The notes under the pieces are model-generated. The model saw only the letters and a program-made list of their open reading frames with translations, did no database searches and was not told the origin of the DNA. Positions 59,826 through 64,000 of a stretch of DNA of 64,000 nt are shown here, piece by piece (within the stretch, counting starts at the first letter, position 1; every line of letters starts with the position of its first letter). The stretch comes from Malacoraja senta (taxonomy: Eukaryota). Where the stretch lies: contig CM075994.1 in assembly GCA_038087875.1 (NCBI GenBank), positions 10,852,001-10,916,000 of the forward strand, in the 5' to 3' direction. A program made the position numbers and the translations under genes.

Positions 59826-62800
59826 ATTTTACTTCGGAGTCACGTGAGTGACTACGTGAAGAAGCCCCGTCCAGCCGCACACGCGTCATTATCGATCAGA
59901 CGCATAGCGTTCATGACCGTGTGTGGAGGAGCAGGAGCTCCTCCAGCCGGTGAGTAAAACAAAAGTAAAACAAAAGTCGGAAGGTAAGTGGAGTTATTTT
60001 CACTTACAGGAGCATTTCCTTCCCGTTTAGACTTGTTGGTGGAGCTCCACATAAGTTTATTATAGAGAAATTGGAAGGAGAGGCCAGGGACGCACCGTAG
60101 TAAAACCCCAGATCCTAAGGGTAGCGGGCGTCAGTCAGGGGAGTCAGTGGCAGCGAAGCCATTAACTCCCGTTGTGGTCGAATGTGCGTTAAACTGCCGC
60201 GGGCGGGCGCAAGGCTGAGAAAGAAAGAAAAAAAAAATCGGCCCGACCTGTAGACTCGGATGAGTCAGACCCGGAGGTATGCCCTCCTCAGGCAGGAAAG
60301 AGTATTACACTGCAAGGGTCAAAAACGTATTAACTCCTTATGGGGCAGATGATTTGTAAAGAACCCCCACAGGAGGATTTAAGTCTGTGTTGGCCAATGA
60401 AGTATAGCACAGGAGGTGCCTTGGAACAGGCACAAGGGTGGCCTACAGGAGAGCCATCAGTGCCTGTGCAGAAACATTAAAGAGGTTGGCCTACAGGAGA
60501 GCCAGTGCCCAAAAATGCCAGAAAAAAGGCAAGTTATGTGTTGGCCTATTGGAGAGCCAGTACTAGAAATGCCTGAACAAAAGGCAGCACAAATGGGCAA
60601 TGATAAATGTGCCAGCACCGACAAATATAAAGAGTAAAAATAATGAAGCGTTGGCCTAGAATTGAGCCAGCGCCAGCAGCACCTGAAGCAGGGCTGCCTG
60701 TCCGTGGGCCTACAAGAGAGCCCGCGCAGGGGGAATCTGGCAGAGACTTACCTGAAACAGGGGAGCCAGAAATTACCCAACATAAAAATGAATATCTAGA
60801 TTTAGATGATGATTTAAATGAGGACCAGAGCCCATTATCAGAGCCAAAAATGTTCCAAGGCTGGCACAAAACTTTGCTGTTCCCAGAGTAACAGGGGAAC
60901 CTTTGCGAGAGGAAATAGCTATGACTATAAATTATCTACTCTCCCATCACCCAGGAATTAACCATGGATGAGACTATCAAAAAATATGAGACCCGGGAAA
61001 TTGTAGCAGTTACAGCAGTGAATAAACTTGATATGGGTAATTTGAGCAGTGGTTTACGCTCACAAGAATTGAAATTACACAAGTGCTGAAATTTCTGGGG
61101 TCAGTGGTTTGGATGAAGGTTATATATTGTATTCACAACAAAATGTAGCACTCATGTGTAGTGTGCACTTTGAAATAAATTGTATTCATAAAAATGCAAT
61201 AAGACCAAATATTCATCCTAAGTATGCAGGCTCTGCAAACCATGCAATATACAAATGCCTAAATCTGTTTTGGAGAAAATCTAGCAAAGAAACTAAAGGA
61301 TCACCTATGCTGAGCAGAGCGGTGAGAAGGCAGTATCCCTACAGGCGAAATGTGGTGCTGGAGAAGGAACAATCCTATCATTCTCGTATACACGTTGACG
61401 TGCTGCACCGAGGATACGTGGAGGTTACAATGTGCCTACTAGAAGGGGACAACAACTGCCGGTGGCAAACCCCGAGGTTAGGGGGCTTGGTCTGGTAAGA
61501 AACACAACAAATGTTTCACACTCACAAATAGGGGGAAGGTTACGATTCTTCCTAAAAGAATGGCAATCAATAACAAATGATTCATTTATTCTATGTAGCA
61601 TTGTAGGATTCAAAATTGAGTTCTCTCCACGTTTGGATCCTCCAATTCAGCATAATTCAAACTGGTCGGATTTTCTCAAAGGAAGAGAATGGGTTGATCA
61701 AAGGAGAATTGAAAAACTTTATGCAGAAAAGGATGATATAAATGTCAGGAGAACAACACCATCAGTTTGTGTCAAATATTCTCCTAGGAATATTCTCCTA
61801 GAAAAGGGATGGTGGATATAGAATCATTTCCGATCTGACAAATCTTAACCTTTATGTACAATAGAAACATTTCAAAATGGAAACATTTACTAATGCCATT
61901 TAGCTAGTCACAAAGAATTGCTATAAGGCAAGCATAGATCTGCAAAATGCATATTATTCTGCTTGGTCTGATTTCAGCTCCAAGATTATTCACTAAATTG
62001 CTCAAACCAAATTTTAGCTCTGTTAAGAGCTGAGGGCCATGTATTAATGGCTTATTTAGATGATATCCTCATTGTAGGGGACACTTTGGCTGCTGCAAAA
62101 TTGTCAGTATCCAGAGTCAAATACATTTTGAGAAATTAGGTTTCATTATTCACCTACAAAAATCTAAATTGTTACCAAGCAAAAAGATTGATTACCTAGG
62201 GTTCACAATTAACTCCGAACACATGGTAATCACTTTGCCAAAAGATAAAAAGCTGCAGTTAATTGAAGGTTGCATAAAACCCATTAATGAGGACACACCT
62301 TCAATTAGAGAAGTGGCAAGTTTGCTAGGCAAAATAATTGCAGGGTTTCCAGTGGTCACGCTTGGACCATTGCATTATCAATGTTTACAGAGAGCTAAGG
62401 TACAAGCGTTAAAAATGAATAGAGGGCATTTTGATAGGCCCATGAAATTAACAATTCAATCCATTACAGAAATAGAATGGTGGATTAACAATGTTTCTAA
62501 TGCTTCCAGAAAAGTTCTGGTAGAAACACCTTCCGTCACTCTACAGACTGATGTAAGTGTGCTGAGTTGGGGCGCTACTAACATGATTTCCAGCTGTGGA
62601 GGTAGGTGGAATGTGAATGAAGTACCTTTGCTGGAAAATCTGGGAATCAATTATCTAGAGCTATTAGGCGCATTTTACGGCCTTAGAGCTTATTGCACTG
62701 ATATGGGAAATGTGCATGTTCAGGTACAGGTTGACAATACTACAGCTGTAGCATACATAAATCACATGGGTGGTATAAAATCAGAATCATGTGATAAATT

Positions 62801-64000
62801 GGCAAATGAAATTTGGACCTGGGGTATTGCCAGAAAAATTTGGCTGTCAGCAATATATTTACCAGGTAAAAATTAATACAATTGCAGACAAAAGATCACG
62901 TAAATTTAATGATAATACAGAATGGATGTTAAATCGGAAAATATTCACACAAATTATCACACAATTTGGAATGCCAGAAAGTGATCTGGTTGCATCAAGA
63001 TTAAACCACCAGTTGACTAAGTATGTGTCATGGGAACATGATCCTGGAGCAGTAGTGATGGATGCTTTCTCGCTACATTGCGGTGGTATGTTTCTGTATG
63101 CTTTTCCACCATTTTGTTTAATCCACAAATGCATACAGAAAATTAAACAAGATTCAAGCCTCAGGGATTTTGGTAGTACCAGATTGGCCTACACAGGTAT
63201 GGTACCCACTGGTGTTAAAAATGATCAAAAACCCCCTTATGGTTATTCCAAAGCAGATTGAACTGCTTGTACACCCTGTGACTAATGAATCACATCCTTT
63301 ACATAACCGTATTGGTTTGTTGATTTGCAGATTCTAACAAGGCATATCTTGGAAACGGATTATCAGACCGTACGGTGGAGGTTATGACAGCAGCCTGGAG
63401 GAATAGTACCCAGAAGCAGTACATTTCCTATATAAAGAAATGGGAGGTGTTCTGTTCAGGAAAGAATATTGCATATAACACAGTAGAAATTTCAGATGTA
63501 ATAGAGTTTCTTTCAACTCTACACTATGAATTGAAATTAAGTTATAGTGCAATTAATACTGCACGAAGTGCACTCTCTGCATATTTAAGCAGTGAATCAG
63601 AACAAACTCCAATTGGAGAACATCCTTGGGTCTGTAGGTTTATGAAAGGAATTTCAACTCTAATCCTCCCAGACCCAGGTATACAGAAAATTGGAATGTA
63701 AAAGATGTACTGATGTTCCTAAGGAGTTGGAATCCAGTTGAAACCCTGTCATTATCCAAAATTACCATGAAATTGGTTATGCTCATGGCATTAGTTTCAG
63801 CGCAGAGAGTTCAAACATTACAGAAACTCAGAATTGATAGAATGAAAGTAGGGAAAAATGCCGTGACATTCTATGTCTATGATTTACTGAAGCAAAGTAG
63901 ACCTGGGTCCACAGGATGCAAGTTGGAATTTTTAGCATTACCTACAGATTCACGACTGTGTGTAGTAACATATGTGAAATGTTACATAGAAACAACAAAA
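59826..64000 (+). mobile_element. Second DIRS1-like copy of the same family, degenerate, continuing past the window end; inserted in an L1-like 3' UTR (59605-59825)
   Basis: Starts ATTTTACTTCGGAGTCACGTGAGTGACTACGTG, identical to the 5' end of copy 1. Gag, RT, RNase H (62169-62876), MTase (DAFSLH..YAFPPF) and YR (from 63375) remnants. Confidence 0.93.

Overview
This is eukaryotic, transposon-dense DNA, most likely from a cartilaginous fish such as a skate or ray (inferred from HE1/V-SINE-like SINEs and abundant CR1 LINEs). There is an assembly gap at 3673-3872. I found no intact host gene. Host-gene remnants are: (1) a decayed plus-strand TRIM (RING/B-box/coiled-coil) gene at 0.4-3.6 kb; (2) a minus-strand spliced ZSWIM3_N-like gene with three coding exons at 5.7-14.1 kb and a probable CpG-island promoter near 18 kb, frameshifted by a 128-bp fold-back palindrome inside its first coding exon; (3) possible exons of an unidentified plus-strand transcript starting near 19.7 kb. 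The rest is mobile DNA. It includes CR1, Rex1/Babar, Tx1 and Penelope fragments and many short Penelope-derived elements with minimal hammerhead-ribozyme cores, one of them a tandem trimer. There is also a non-autonomous hAT element with an 8-bp TSD, an intact 1196-aa single-ORF L2, and a nested stack (L1 > L2 > DIRS > short retroposon) bracketed by two copies of another L2's 3' UTR. A second DIRS copy runs off the window end. All calls come from reading the sequence by eye; no searches were run.
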